Origin: a virus
Virus record (IMG/VR): IMGVR_UViG_3300022602_000028
Strand: one strand, 5' to 3'
DNA: 64,000 nucleotides
Shown here: in pieces, positions 38,959 through 47,637 of the stretch
Layout of the letters: each line of letters begins with the position of its first letter
Numbering within the stretch: the stretch's first letter is position 1
Notes under the pieces: generated by a model
Databases searched by the model: none
Told to the model about the DNA's origin: nothing
The model's input: only the letters and a program-made list of their open reading frames with translations
Program-made: the position numbers and the translations under genes

Positions 38959-39073
38959 TAAAGAAAAATTGTCAAAACTGACTATTTTTCGTCTATATCC
39001 ATACACTTTTTTAACAAAAGTGTAAATATAATACAGCCTTGTATCACAATTACAAATCACAGGAGAAATAAAC

Positions 39074-40036
39074 ATGACTGACCGCGCTCAATTTGAAGCC
39101 ATGCTAGAAGCTTTGATCAATGATGATCAACAGGCAGCAAAAGAAATATTTCATAATATCGTAGTAGGCAAAAGCCGTGAAATCTACGAAAGTCTTTTAG
39201 AAGACGACTTTGGTGGTGAAGAGACACCAATGGAGGAAGAGGAAGAGGAAGAGTCTAAGCCTAAAGCCAAAGACCAAGGTAACCCATATGGCTCAGATGA
39301 TGATGCAGAAGATGATGATGCAGAAGATGATGATGCAGAAGATGATGATGCAGAAGATGATGATGCAGAAGATGATGATGCAGAAGATGACATGAGCTTC
39401 GGCGATGACGACGGTGAAGAAGGTGGCGATATTGAAGATCGCGTAATGGATCTAGAAGATGCATTAGAAGACCTAAAAGCAGAATTTGAACAATTAATGG
39501 CCGACGAAGAGCATGAGCCAGAACATCACGATGGTATCGATGATCCATCATTTGGTGGCGATGAAATGGGCGGCGATTTAGAAACAGAATTAATGGAATA
39601 CGTAATTCCAGTTAAAGACGGACACGGTGCAGAGCGTAAAGGTGTTTCAAGCAAGACTGTTGGATCAGGAAGCTATGAAAATGCTGGAGAAGAATATCCA
39701 AAAAGTACAATTCGTGGTGACATGGTAAACAATATGGGCGGTACAGCAAGTAACATTGCTCAGAACTATGTTGAAGTACACGGTGATGCCGGTACTAAAA
39801 ATGGTGGCGGTACACAAGGTGGATTGCTAAAGCCAAGTACACAAATGATGAACGCTGGTAATGTTAATGTTCCTGGAAATAAGAAAGCTCCAGCTTACAA
39901 AAACGATGGCAAAGGTCATGGCGCAGAGAAGAAAGGTGCTAAACCAGGTGAAATGGTAGGTGCGCATACTGGTGAAGTAGGCGGACAACGTGGCGAGCAG
40001 AACAAGCAAAGTACGCTTCGCCCAATTAAGAAATAA
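39074..40036 (+). CDS. Acidic prohead core protein (gp67/gp68-like position)
   Basis: Extremely Asp/Glu-rich, contains L-x-E motifs, AGGAG SD; lies between portal and protease. Confidence 0.7.
   Translation: MTDRAQFEAMLEALINDDQQAAKEIFHNIVVGKSREIYESLLEDDFGGEETPMEEEEEEESKPKAKDQGNPYGSDDDAEDDDAEDDDAEDDDAEDDDAEDDDAEDDMSFGDDDGEEGGDIEDRVMDLEDALEDLKAEFEQLMADEEHEPEHHDGIDDPSFGGDEMGGDLETELMEYVIPVKDGHGAERKGVSSKTVGSGSYENAGEEYPKSTIRGDMVNNMGGTASNIAQNYVEVHGDAGTKNGGGTQGGLLKPSTQMMNAGNVNVPGNKKAPAYKNDGKGHGAEKKGAKPGEMVGAHTGEVGGQRGEQNKQSTLRPIKK
39296..39385 (+). repeat. Perfect 15-bp tandem repeat x6 (GATGATGATGCAGAA; DDDAE)
   Basis: Six exact copies plus a 5-nt partial, in frame within the core protein. Confidence 0.95.
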
Positions 40037-40052
40037 GAGAACATACTAGACT

Positions 40053-40679
40053 ATGTTATACCTCCGAGAGAATCTCAGTTTCAACGAAGCAAAAATGATC
40101 GTTGAGTCTGATGACAAAGAAGGAAAAAATTTATACATGTCCGGGATTTGCATCCAGGGCGGTATAAAAAACGCTAACCAGCGTGTATATCCTGTAAACG
40201 AGATTGGCAAGGCTGTCAAGACCTTAAACGATCAGATTCAAAACGGTTATTCAGTTCTCGGAGAAGTGGATCATCCAGATGATCTAAAAATTAACCTGGA
40301 CCGTGTGTCCCACATGATAGTTAATATGTGGATGGACGGTCCAAATGGTTACGGTAAACTGAAAATTTTACCAACCCCTATGGGACAACTAATCAAGACA
40401 ATGTTGGAAAGCGGAGTCAAGTTGGGTGTTTCAAGTCGCGGATCCGGAAACGTCAAAGAAGACGGATCCGGTGAAGTATCAGATTTTGAGATTATCACAG
40501 TAGATATGGTAGCTCAACCTAGTGCTCCTGGAGCATATCCTACACCAATTTATGAACACCTGATGAATAGTCGTGGTGGGTTTAATGCCTTACGCATAGC
40601 GCAAGAGGTGAAAGATGATCCCAAGGCACAGAAATATCTCAAAGAGAGCTTATTGAATATAATAAGCAAACTCCAATAA
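40053..40679 (+). CDS. gp21: Prohead protease, T4 gp21-like
   Basis: GICIQGGIKNANQRVYP, LGEVDHP...INLDRVSH, GKLKILPTPMG, LGVSSRGSG, DMVAQPSAPGAYP. Confidence 0.96.
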   Translation: MLYLRENLSFNEAKMIVESDDKEGKNLYMSGICIQGGIKNANQRVYPVNEIGKAVKTLNDQIQNGYSVLGEVDHPDDLKINLDRVSHMIVNMWMDGPNGYGKLKILPTPMGQLIKTMLESGVKLGVSSRGSGNVKEDGSGEVSDFEIITVDMVAQPSAPGAYPTPIYEHLMNSRGGFNALRIAQEVKDDPKAQKYLKESLLNIISKLQ

Positions 40680-40692
40680 TAAGGAGAATCAT

Positions 40693-41787
40693 ATGTTGGA
40701 TGCACTAAAAGGTTTATTTGAAAACAATATGATTTCTGAGGAGATCAAAGAGTCAATTGAGGCAGCTTTCGAAGCTCGCATTAGCGAGAGTCGCGAAGTA
40801 CTAACTCAACAATTACGTGAAGAGTTTGCACAAAAATACGAACACGACAAGAACACAATGATAGATGCAGTAGATCGTATGATCTCTGAGCAACTATCTA
40901 CTGAGATTGTCGAATTTGCAGATGATCGTAAGCAATTAGCTGAAATGAAAGTTAAGCTAGCTAAAGAAAAGAAGAAGGCAGCTGAAGTAATGAAGGAATT
41001 CGTTACACGTCAACTAGCTTCTGAAGTTCGTGAATTGCATGAAGATCAAGTTGTAATGGCAAGTAAATTTGGTAAACTAGAACAATTCGTAGTTGAAGCT
41101 CTTGCTCAAGAAATCGCAGAGTTTTACAAAGACAAACGTGACCTCGCAGAAACTAAAGTACGTTTAGTTCGTGAAGGTCGTCAACAAATCACTAAGGTAA
41201 AACAACAATTTGTAACCCGCGCCGCTCAAATGGTCGAAGGTGTTGTAACTAAGAATTTAACTTCTGAACTTACAGCATTAAGAGAAGACATCGAAGCCGC
41301 ACGTCGTGCAGATTTTGGCCGCAAGTTATTCGAGGCTTTTGCCGCTGAATATTCTTCAAGCTACCTAAATGAAAAATCGGAAACTGCTAAACTACTCAAG
41401 GTCATAGACATGAAGGACTTAGCTATGCAAGAGGCCGCACAAGCCGTTGTTAAAGCTGAGAAGTTAATAGAAAGTAAACAAGCAGAAATCCAGGCTTTGA
41501 AAGAAGCTCAAGAACGTAAAGCAATCATGAATGAGTTACTTGCTCCTTTAAACAAGGAACAAAAAGCAATCATGGGAGAGCTAATGGAAGGCGTAAAGAC
41601 TGCACGTCTAAACGAAAGTTTTGAAAAGTATTTGCCAGCCGTAATAGCAGGCAATGCACCGCAGAAGAAACAGGCACTAGTAGAGGCTAAAGAAGTAACC
41701 GGAAATAAGATTTCCAACACCAAACATAGCAGTGAGTCCGATAACAACATCGTTGATATTCGTAAACTTGCTGGACTAAAATTTTAA
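40693..41787 (+). CDS. gp22: Prohead scaffold protein, T4 gp22-like
   Basis: Coiled-coil E/K/A-rich protein between the protease and capsid genes; REEFAQKYEHDK, RKLFEAFAAEY. Confidence 0.88.
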   Translation: MLDALKGLFENNMISEEIKESIEAAFEARISESREVLTQQLREEFAQKYEHDKNTMIDAVDRMISEQLSTEIVEFADDRKQLAEMKVKLAKEKKKAAEVMKEFVTRQLASEVRELHEDQVVMASKFGKLEQFVVEALAQEIAEFYKDKRDLAETKVRLVREGRQQITKVKQQFVTRAAQMVEGVVTKNLTSELTALREDIEAARRADFGRKLFEAFAAEYSSSYLNEKSETAKLLKVIDMKDLAMQEAAQAVVKAEKLIESKQAEIQALKEAQERKAIMNELLAPLNKEQKAIMGELMEGVKTARLNESFEKYLPAVIAGNAPQKKQALVEAKEVTGNKISNTKHSSESDNNIVDIRKLAGLKF

Positions 41788-41800
41788 GGAGAAAATTTAA

Positions 41801-42976
41801 ATGTCAGAACTATTAAACGGACGTTGGGCAGAAACTAAGGAAGCCCTATTAGAAGGCTTACAAGGCACAAAAAAATCAGTAATGGGTGTAACACTAGAAA
41901 ATACTCGTAAGTATTTGCTAGAAAGCCCAACAGCTGGTGCCACTTCTGCCGGCAACGTTGCAACATTAAACCGCGTAATTCTACCGGTAATTCGTCGTGT
42001 TATGCCAACCGTTATTGCTAACGAGTTGTTAGGCGTACAACCAATGACTGGTCCAGTTGGTCAAATTCACACTCTACGTGTGCGTTATGCTGACACATCA
42101 TCAGGCGCTGGAGTCGTAGCAGGTGAAGAGGCATTAAGCCCATTCAAGATTGCGGCTTCTTATTCTGGTAACCAAACTGACGCAACTTCAAAAGCTAGCT
42201 CAACAGCTACTTTAGAAGGTCAAGCTGGTAACCGTTTAAGCATCCAGATCTTGAAACAAACAGTTGAAGCTAAGACACGTAAGTTATCAGCTCGCTGGAC
42301 ATTTGAGGCTGCTCAAGACGCTCAAGCTCAACAAGGTATTGACGTTGAAGCAGAAATTATGGCTGCTCTTGCACAAGAAATTACAGCTGAAATCGACCAA
42401 GAGATCATTGCATCATTGATCACATTGGCTGGTACTGCTAGCTACACATACGACCAAGCGTCTGTAAGTGGTACAGCTACATTCGTTGGTGACGAGCATG
42501 CTGCCTTAGCAGTTATGATCAACCGCGTAAGTAACTTGATCGCTCAACGTACACGTCGTGGTGCTGGTAACTACGCTGTTGTATCACCATTTGCATTGAC
42601 AATTCTACAATCTGCTACTACTTCAGCTTTTGCTCGTACAACAGAAGGTACATTTGAAGCACCTACAAACACTAAGTTTGTTGGTACATTAAACAATGCT
42701 ATGAAAGTATATGTAAACAGCTATGCTGTTGACACAACTGATATTCTTATCGGTTACAAAGGTGCTTCAGAGTCTGATGCTCCTGCTTTCTATTGCCCAT
42801 ACATTCCATTGATGAGCAGTGGTGTTGTTTTAGATCCATCAACATTCGAACCAGTCGTTTCATTCATGACACGTTATGGTTATGTTGAGTTGTCAAACAC
42901 AGCAAGTTCTTTAGGTAATGCCGCTGACTATCTAGGTCGTGTTGCTATTACTTCAGCTAACGTTAAGTTCCAGTAA
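41801..42976 (+). CDS. gp23: Major capsid protein, T4 gp23-like
   Basis: VILPVIRRVMP..IANELLGVQPMTGPVGQIHTLR, VEAKTRKLSARWTFEAAQD, FYCPYIPL, DPSTFEPVVSFMTRYG. Confidence 0.97.
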   Translation: MSELLNGRWAETKEALLEGLQGTKKSVMGVTLENTRKYLLESPTAGATSAGNVATLNRVILPVIRRVMPTVIANELLGVQPMTGPVGQIHTLRVRYADTSSGAGVVAGEEALSPFKIAASYSGNQTDATSKASSTATLEGQAGNRLSIQILKQTVEAKTRKLSARWTFEAAQDAQAQQGIDVEAEIMAALAQEITAEIDQEIIASLITLAGTASYTYDQASVSGTATFVGDEHAALAVMINRVSNLIAQRTRRGAGNYAVVSPFALTILQSATTSAFARTTEGTFEAPTNTKFVGTLNNAMKVYVNSYAVDTTDILIGYKGASESDAPAFYCPYIPLMSSGVVLDPSTFEPVVSFMTRYGYVELSNTASSLGNAADYLGRVAITSANVKFQ

Positions 42977-43001
42977 TTTAACCTTAGTCTTAAAGACAAT
43001 G

Positions 43002-43030
43002 AAAAGGACTCTTCGGAGTCCTTTTTGTTT
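43002..43030 (+). terminator. Rho-independent terminator after the major capsid gene
   Basis: AAAAGGACTC-TTCG-GAGTCCTTTT stem with a C(UUCG)G loop, followed by TTTTTGTTT. Confidence 0.93.
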
Positions 43031-43043
43031 GGGTAAATATAAT

Positions 43044-43628
43044 ATGACCACTACAAAGTATTTTCGTCCAACTAGTTTTTCTAATGTATCGATTTTGAAT
43101 ACAACTACTAATCAATACAGTATTGATTGGAATTACAATGGAGCGATATCAGAAAATAATTATGCAGTGACGCATCAGCCATTGTATACTATCAGTGGTA
43201 TATGGATGGAAAGATTTTTATCAAATACCAGCCAGTTGTGGTGTACAAATCTAAAAATCCCCAATAACAATCAAACAATACATGGTATAGAATTTAATCT
43301 TGTAATGGAACGCTATGCTCGTATAGAAGATTTATTAATACAGTTAACCTTAGGTGGTGAATTAATTGGTAATAATTATGCCAGTACTATAAATCCTGTG
43401 CCCGCAGACATTTACACAGGTGATGATTACGGAGTAATATTAACTCCTCCGGGTAATAATTTTACCTATGGAGGATCTAATGATTTATGGGGAACTACAA
43501 GTTTAACAAGTGCAAATTTAGCAGATCCTACATTTGGTGTAGTTGTTAGTTTTAAGAGCAATCCAGCGTTTCCGCATAGGGACTTAGCTTATTTGTATCA
43601 ATTAGGCGTAAGAATCACCTACGCATAA
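43044..43628 (+). CDS. Hypothetical virion protein (194 aa), possible carbohydrate-binding jelly-roll
   Basis: Probable start is ATG 43044, 4 nt after TAAATA (the track start 42939 runs through the capsid stop and terminator). TYGGSNDLWG...T....DPTFGV motif of beta-sandwich fibre domains. Confidence 0.6.
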   Translation: MTTTKYFRPTSFSNVSILNTTTNQYSIDWNYNGAISENNYAVTHQPLYTISGIWMERFLSNTSQLWCTNLKIPNNNQTIHGIEFNLVMERYARIEDLLIQLTLGGELIGNNYASTINPVPADIYTGDDYGVILTPPGNNFTYGGSNDLWGTTSLTSANLADPTFGVVVSFKSNPAFPHRDLAYLYQLGVRITYA

Positions 43629-43639
43629 ATACATAGTAT

Positions 43640-43698
43640 AAACTTACATGGGGTAAGTTTTATGCGGAAATCCAACCGCGTACGGCCTAGAACGCCGT
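43640..43698 (+). promoter_or_regulatory. Structured 5' leader (three hairpins) between late promoter 43626-43631 and gene 43721
   Basis: AAACTTAC/GTAAGTTT (43640-47/43653-60), GCGG/CCGC (43664-67/43676-79), ACGGC/GCCGT (43682-86/43694-98). Confidence 0.55.
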
Positions 43699-43720
43699 TA
43701 TTCTTTAAGGAGAAATTAAA

Positions 43721-45259
43721 ATGGGACGTCCTTTATCATCAAAGTACTTTGGTCATAGAAACACAGGTACAGACGGCAATTTTGGTGCCGCAAACACAGC
43801 AGGCGATGCAGGCCTTGGCGGTCAATCAGTAAACGGTATTTCAGTAGGAACAGCAGGTTCTTATAATGCTACAAACGCTGACGCATTAACATTAACATTT
43901 CCAGCACCATCATTAAGTGGCGAAGGTGCAGTTAGTGCAACAGGTACACCAAATTTTAAAACATTAACTGCTACAATTAGCGGTACACAAACTCGTGCTT
44001 ACCCAGTTGCCGCTGGTGCTTTAAGCATTGGTTCTAGTTCAGCTACTTCGACTTATACAGCTACAGTTACCAGTGCCGCATTAGCTTCAGTTGCTTATGC
44101 AAGTGCTACTACAATTAGTTTCAACACAACTGGTACAGCAATGATTTCTGGTACCAGCGTTGTAATCAGCGGTGCAAGTATTACAGGTACTATGACTATT
44201 GGTGGCGTAGCTATTGCCGCAGGCCAAACATATTATGTAGGCGCACCAACAACTACAACAGCCGCAACATTGTATGCAACTTACTCTAATGCTGTTAATG
44301 CAACAAGCCCATTGACAATTAGCAACGGTACAACAACTGGTGCTACATTTACATTTGGTACTACATACGGTACAGTTACAGCAGTAACAGTAGTATCAGG
44401 TGGTTCAATTGCCAAAGGTGCAGTAACAGCATACGCTGTAGCAACTACACCATCGACTGCTGACAGTTCAGGTTCTGGTCTACAAATTACTCCAGCAACA
44501 TTTGGTCTAGTAAGTTCAACTATTACACAAGCTGGTGATGGTTATGTAAACACTTCATTAACAAGTTATACAATTACAGCAACAACAGTTACATCAAACT
44601 TAGTTACATTAAGTTCAGTTGATGAAATTGTTCCTGGTATGCAATTTACAGCCGCAAGTACAGTTGGTGGTATTACAGGTTCAACAGTTTATTATGTTGC
44701 TACAGTAAGCGTTGCTAACAGTCAAATTACACTTGCTGACACATACGCTCACGCTATTGCTGGTACAAACATTATCAGCTTGACAACAACTACTGCTCAA
44801 TCAGTTGCAACAACTATTGCTAGTAATTTGATTGTATTAACAAGTTCAGGAGCCGCAACAGCTACAGCAACTTTGACAACAGCAGAAACAACTGGTGCTA
44901 CTGGTAGCGCAACGACCGGACGTTATTCAGCCATTCTAACAACAGCATGGGTAGCAGGCGATTCTGGCGCAACTGAAGATGCAAATATTATTAAACAGTC
45001 AGCAACACGTCGTTACAAAGTTGAAACAACAAATGGTACAAGCGGTGTTTGCACACTAGTAACTGCTACTCCAACATCAGGTCAGATGACTATTCAAGCA
45101 ACTGATTCAGCTGGCGGTACATACTATGTAAGCAAATTAACTGCTCACAAAGCAACATTGGTGCCTATCACTGGTACTCAGTTTGCCAGCGGTGCAACAG
45201 CTGGTTGGAATTTTTCAACAGCAGTAGTAAACGTTTCAGTTGTAATCGATAACGGTTAA
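43721..45259 (+). CDS. Virion decoration/head-fibre-like protein (512 aa, Thr/Ala/Gly/Ser-rich)
   Basis: Strong AAGGAG SD, capsid-like codon bias, own late promoter; small N-terminal (MGRPLSSKYFG) and C-terminal (IIKQSATRRYKV) domains flank a beta-rich insert. Confidence 0.6.
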   Translation: MGRPLSSKYFGHRNTGTDGNFGAANTAGDAGLGGQSVNGISVGTAGSYNATNADALTLTFPAPSLSGEGAVSATGTPNFKTLTATISGTQTRAYPVAAGALSIGSSSATSTYTATVTSAALASVAYASATTISFNTTGTAMISGTSVVISGASITGTMTIGGVAIAAGQTYYVGAPTTTTAATLYATYSNAVNATSPLTISNGTTTGATFTFGTTYGTVTAVTVVSGGSIAKGAVTAYAVATTPSTADSSGSGLQITPATFGLVSSTITQAGDGYVNTSLTSYTITATTVTSNLVTLSSVDEIVPGMQFTAASTVGGITGSTVYYVATVSVANSQITLADTYAHAIAGTNIISLTTTTAQSVATTIASNLIVLTSSGAATATATLTTAETTGATGSATTGRYSAILTTAWVAGDSGATEDANIIKQSATRRYKVETTNGTSGVCTLVTATPTSGQMTIQATDSAGGTYYVSKLTAHKATLVPITGTQFASGATAGWNFSTAVVNVSVVIDNG

Positions 45260-45272
45260 TAACTAACTTGAT

Positions 45273-45290
45273 AGGGAGCGCAAGCTCCCT
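45273..45290 (+). terminator. GNRA hairpin (AGGGAGC-GCAA-GCTCCCT): weak terminator or mRNA stabiliser
   Basis: 7-bp GC-rich stem with a GCAA loop; no U-tract; abuts the next gene's SD. Confidence 0.5.
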
Positions 45291-45302
45291 TGAAGGAATA
45301 TA

Positions 45303-46262
45303 ATGTCAAGAGTACTTAAAGTAAGTCAAAGCAATTATAGACTCCAGACTTTGTCTGGAGGTACTATAACTTTGGATACAGGTAATACAGTAGGGACAAC
45401 GATTATCACAGGTAATTTAGATGTCAAAGGTATAACAACTACCATTGAATCTACAAATACAACTGTAGCTGATAATATTTTTACTATTGATACCGGTGTT
45501 ACCGGCAATGGTATTCCGATAGCATTTAACTATCAATCAGGATTTCAAATTAATCGCGGCAATTTTAGTGCCGCACAGATTATGTTTAATGAAAGTATTA
45601 GTCATTACAGCGGAGTTAGTAACTCTAATGTTAATGGTACTTTTCAATTAAAAACAGCAGACAACATAATTAATGCATTACAAGTAGCCACTATCACTAA
45701 TGATGGTACTACTGATTTAATTTTTGATATGCGTAATGGAAATGGAGTATTGAGTGTAGCAAATACTACCAATTATGAATTACGTGTAACACAAGACAAC
45801 GATATTACAACTAAAAAATATGTCAACACTTACGTGGCAGCGGCTAATGGTGTTGCATCAGTTGACCGTATTTTTTATCCAACAACAGCTCTCAGCGGCA
45901 GCGAACAAAGTAAAATTGAAGCATTTAGTAGCACTATCAATTTATATGTTGGCGGTACAACAATTGCCACCGTAAGTCCTGTAGGAGTTACAATTGGTGA
46001 CGTTAACATTTATCAAGATACAGTTTCAAATACCAGTGCAAACAATTTAATTTTTACTGCGGTTAATAATAACGTAGAAGTTAATGGAGTGTTTAATCTT
46101 GATGATCAAGCATTGACTCCAGGTTCTACTTCGGGCAAAACAAAGATTTATAGTCAAGCTACTTCTGGCCCAGGAAAAACTGGACTATACATCACAAATG
46201 TAAATACATCAGATGAATTGGTAAGCAAGAATCGAGCAGTATTACTAAGCATACTATTTTAA
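45303..46262 (+). CDS. Tail fibre/structural protein (319 aa)
   Basis: ITGNLDVKG.TTTIESTNTTVADN triple-beta fibre motif; DI.TKKYV motif; located in the fibre cluster. Confidence 0.6.
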   Translation: MSRVLKVSQSNYRLQTLSGGTITLDTGNTVGTTIITGNLDVKGITTTIESTNTTVADNIFTIDTGVTGNGIPIAFNYQSGFQINRGNFSAAQIMFNESISHYSGVSNSNVNGTFQLKTADNIINALQVATITNDGTTDLIFDMRNGNGVLSVANTTNYELRVTQDNDITTKKYVNTYVAAANGVASVDRIFYPTTALSGSEQSKIEAFSSTINLYVGGTTIATVSPVGVTIGDVNIYQDTVSNTSANNLIFTAVNNNVEVNGVFNLDDQALTPGSTSGKTKIYSQATSGPGKTGLYITNVNTSDELVSKNRAVLLSILF

Positions 46263-46273
46263 TAGGAAAGATT

Positions 46274-46606
46274 ATGGCGTTAACATCGGTAGCAATCGGA
46301 ACAACAAATACAACAATATATTCAAGTAGCGGCAATAATGCCATAACTACTATAATTATTTGTAATATTAATGCGTTTAATCCTAGTAATCCAACTGCTA
46401 ATACTGCAAATTTTACTTTGTATGCAGTACCAAACGGACAATCATTAAGCACAACAAATTTAATTGTTAATGCAGTACCTATTACGGCAGGCGAAACATT
46501 AAGTTTAGATCAAGAAAAATTAGTGCTAGGCAATGGAGATGTATTAGTTGCTAAATCAGATACCGCCAGCGCACTAGTAACAACTATAAGTACATTGGCG
46601 GTATAA
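46274..46606 (+). CDS. Small structural protein (110 aa), paralog of 50204-50533
   Basis: T.IIICN.N...AN...Y.VP...IVNAVPI.AGETL.L..EKLVL.NGD.L beta-sandwich pattern shared with 50204. Confidence 0.65.
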   Translation: MALTSVAIGTTNTTIYSSSGNNAITTIIICNINAFNPSNPTANTANFTLYAVPNGQSLSTTNLIVNAVPITAGETLSLDQEKLVLGNGDVLVAKSDTASALVTTISTLAV

Positions 46607-47625
46607 TGAGATTTTTAAGACGTCAAACACTTAATCGTCGAGCAGTATTCGACAATAGTTTGTATGTAGACACAAACAATAATATCGTTATGGGCACAAC
46701 AAATACACTAGTTTTGCCCAGTGGAACTACTAACGGAACAAGTCCTCGTCCATATGTTCCAGTAGCAGGAATGATGCGTTATAATACAACTACTAGTAAC
46801 ATAGAAGTGTATCAAGGCAGTAGTTGGAGAGCATTACGTTATGCAGAGTCAGGCCCAATTGTTCAACAAAATTTAGGCGCCGGTGACGGGCAGTCTGTAT
46901 ATTTTGGACCTTTAAATAGTTTATATAATCCCGGAAATGTCAGTAGCAACAACAGTAATTTTGGCGGACAAAATATGCTAGTAGTTGTGGAAAACGTTTT
47001 GCAACTAGCTGGTAATAACTATACAGTAGTACAAAATCCTACTCTAAGTTCAGAAGTTTTTCAACCAATAGTATCTCAAGATGTAACAACTGGGCAAACA
47101 TCGATACCATTAGTAACAAGTTTAACAGTAACAAGTGTAGGATCATCTGGAGGTATTGCTACTTTAATTTTTAATACATTATTAGCAAATCCATTTTATG
47201 TAGGTCAAACTATTACAGTGACAGATATTAATCCATCAGCATATAACGGCAAATTTACAGTTTCTAGTGTAACTCCAGGTAGTGTAAGTTATAGCAGTAG
47301 TGCTACTGGTAGTATGCCAGCTGGGTCTTATGGAACAGTTATGGGTGTAGGTGCCATCTATGCAGGAAATTCAATCATTGGCGCAACAGTATCTGGAACA
47401 CATATTCCAAACGGTACTACAGTTGCCAGTATATTAAACGATCCTAATACTGATGCAATTATCAATATTAGATTAAGTCAAGCAACTACTGGCGGAACAA
47501 TTACTGCTGGAACACAGATCACTATAACAGAAAACAGCCAAACTGGTAGTGGTTACTATCTATTCTTTAGTAGCCCTCCTCCATACGGTAAAATTGTAAC
47601 AGCATTACTGGGTTTTGACCAGTAA
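46606..47625 (+). CDS. Tail fibre-associated structural protein (339 aa)
   Basis: LPSGTT...RP...GMMRYNTT...IEVY..SSW fibre knuckle motif; GDG...YFGPL; one PFYVGQTITV module. Confidence 0.6.
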   Translation: MRFLRRQTLNRRAVFDNSLYVDTNNNIVMGTTNTLVLPSGTTNGTSPRPYVPVAGMMRYNTTTSNIEVYQGSSWRALRYAESGPIVQQNLGAGDGQSVYFGPLNSLYNPGNVSSNNSNFGGQNMLVVVENVLQLAGNNYTVVQNPTLSSEVFQPIVSQDVTTGQTSIPLVTSLTVTSVGSSGGIATLIFNTLLANPFYVGQTITVTDINPSAYNGKFTVSSVTPGSVSYSSSATGSMPAGSYGTVMGVGAIYAGNSIIGATVSGTHIPNGTTVASILNDPNTDAIINIRLSQATTGGTITAGTQITITENSQTGSGYYLFFSSPPPYGKIVTALLGFDQ

Positions 47626-47637
47626 TAAGGAGCTATC

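Noticed and set aside
39184-39551. CRISPR-like array or alternative-frame low-complexity ORFs at the 15-bp repeat
   Set aside because: The repeats are contiguous with no spacers, and no cas genes are present; the poly-S/poly-M/poly-H ORFs are artefacts of the tandem repeat.
27257-42976. Inteins or introns in gp46, gp47, portal, protease or capsid
   Set aside because: The ORFs are contiguous with family-typical lengths, and no intein C/S...HN splice motifs were seen.
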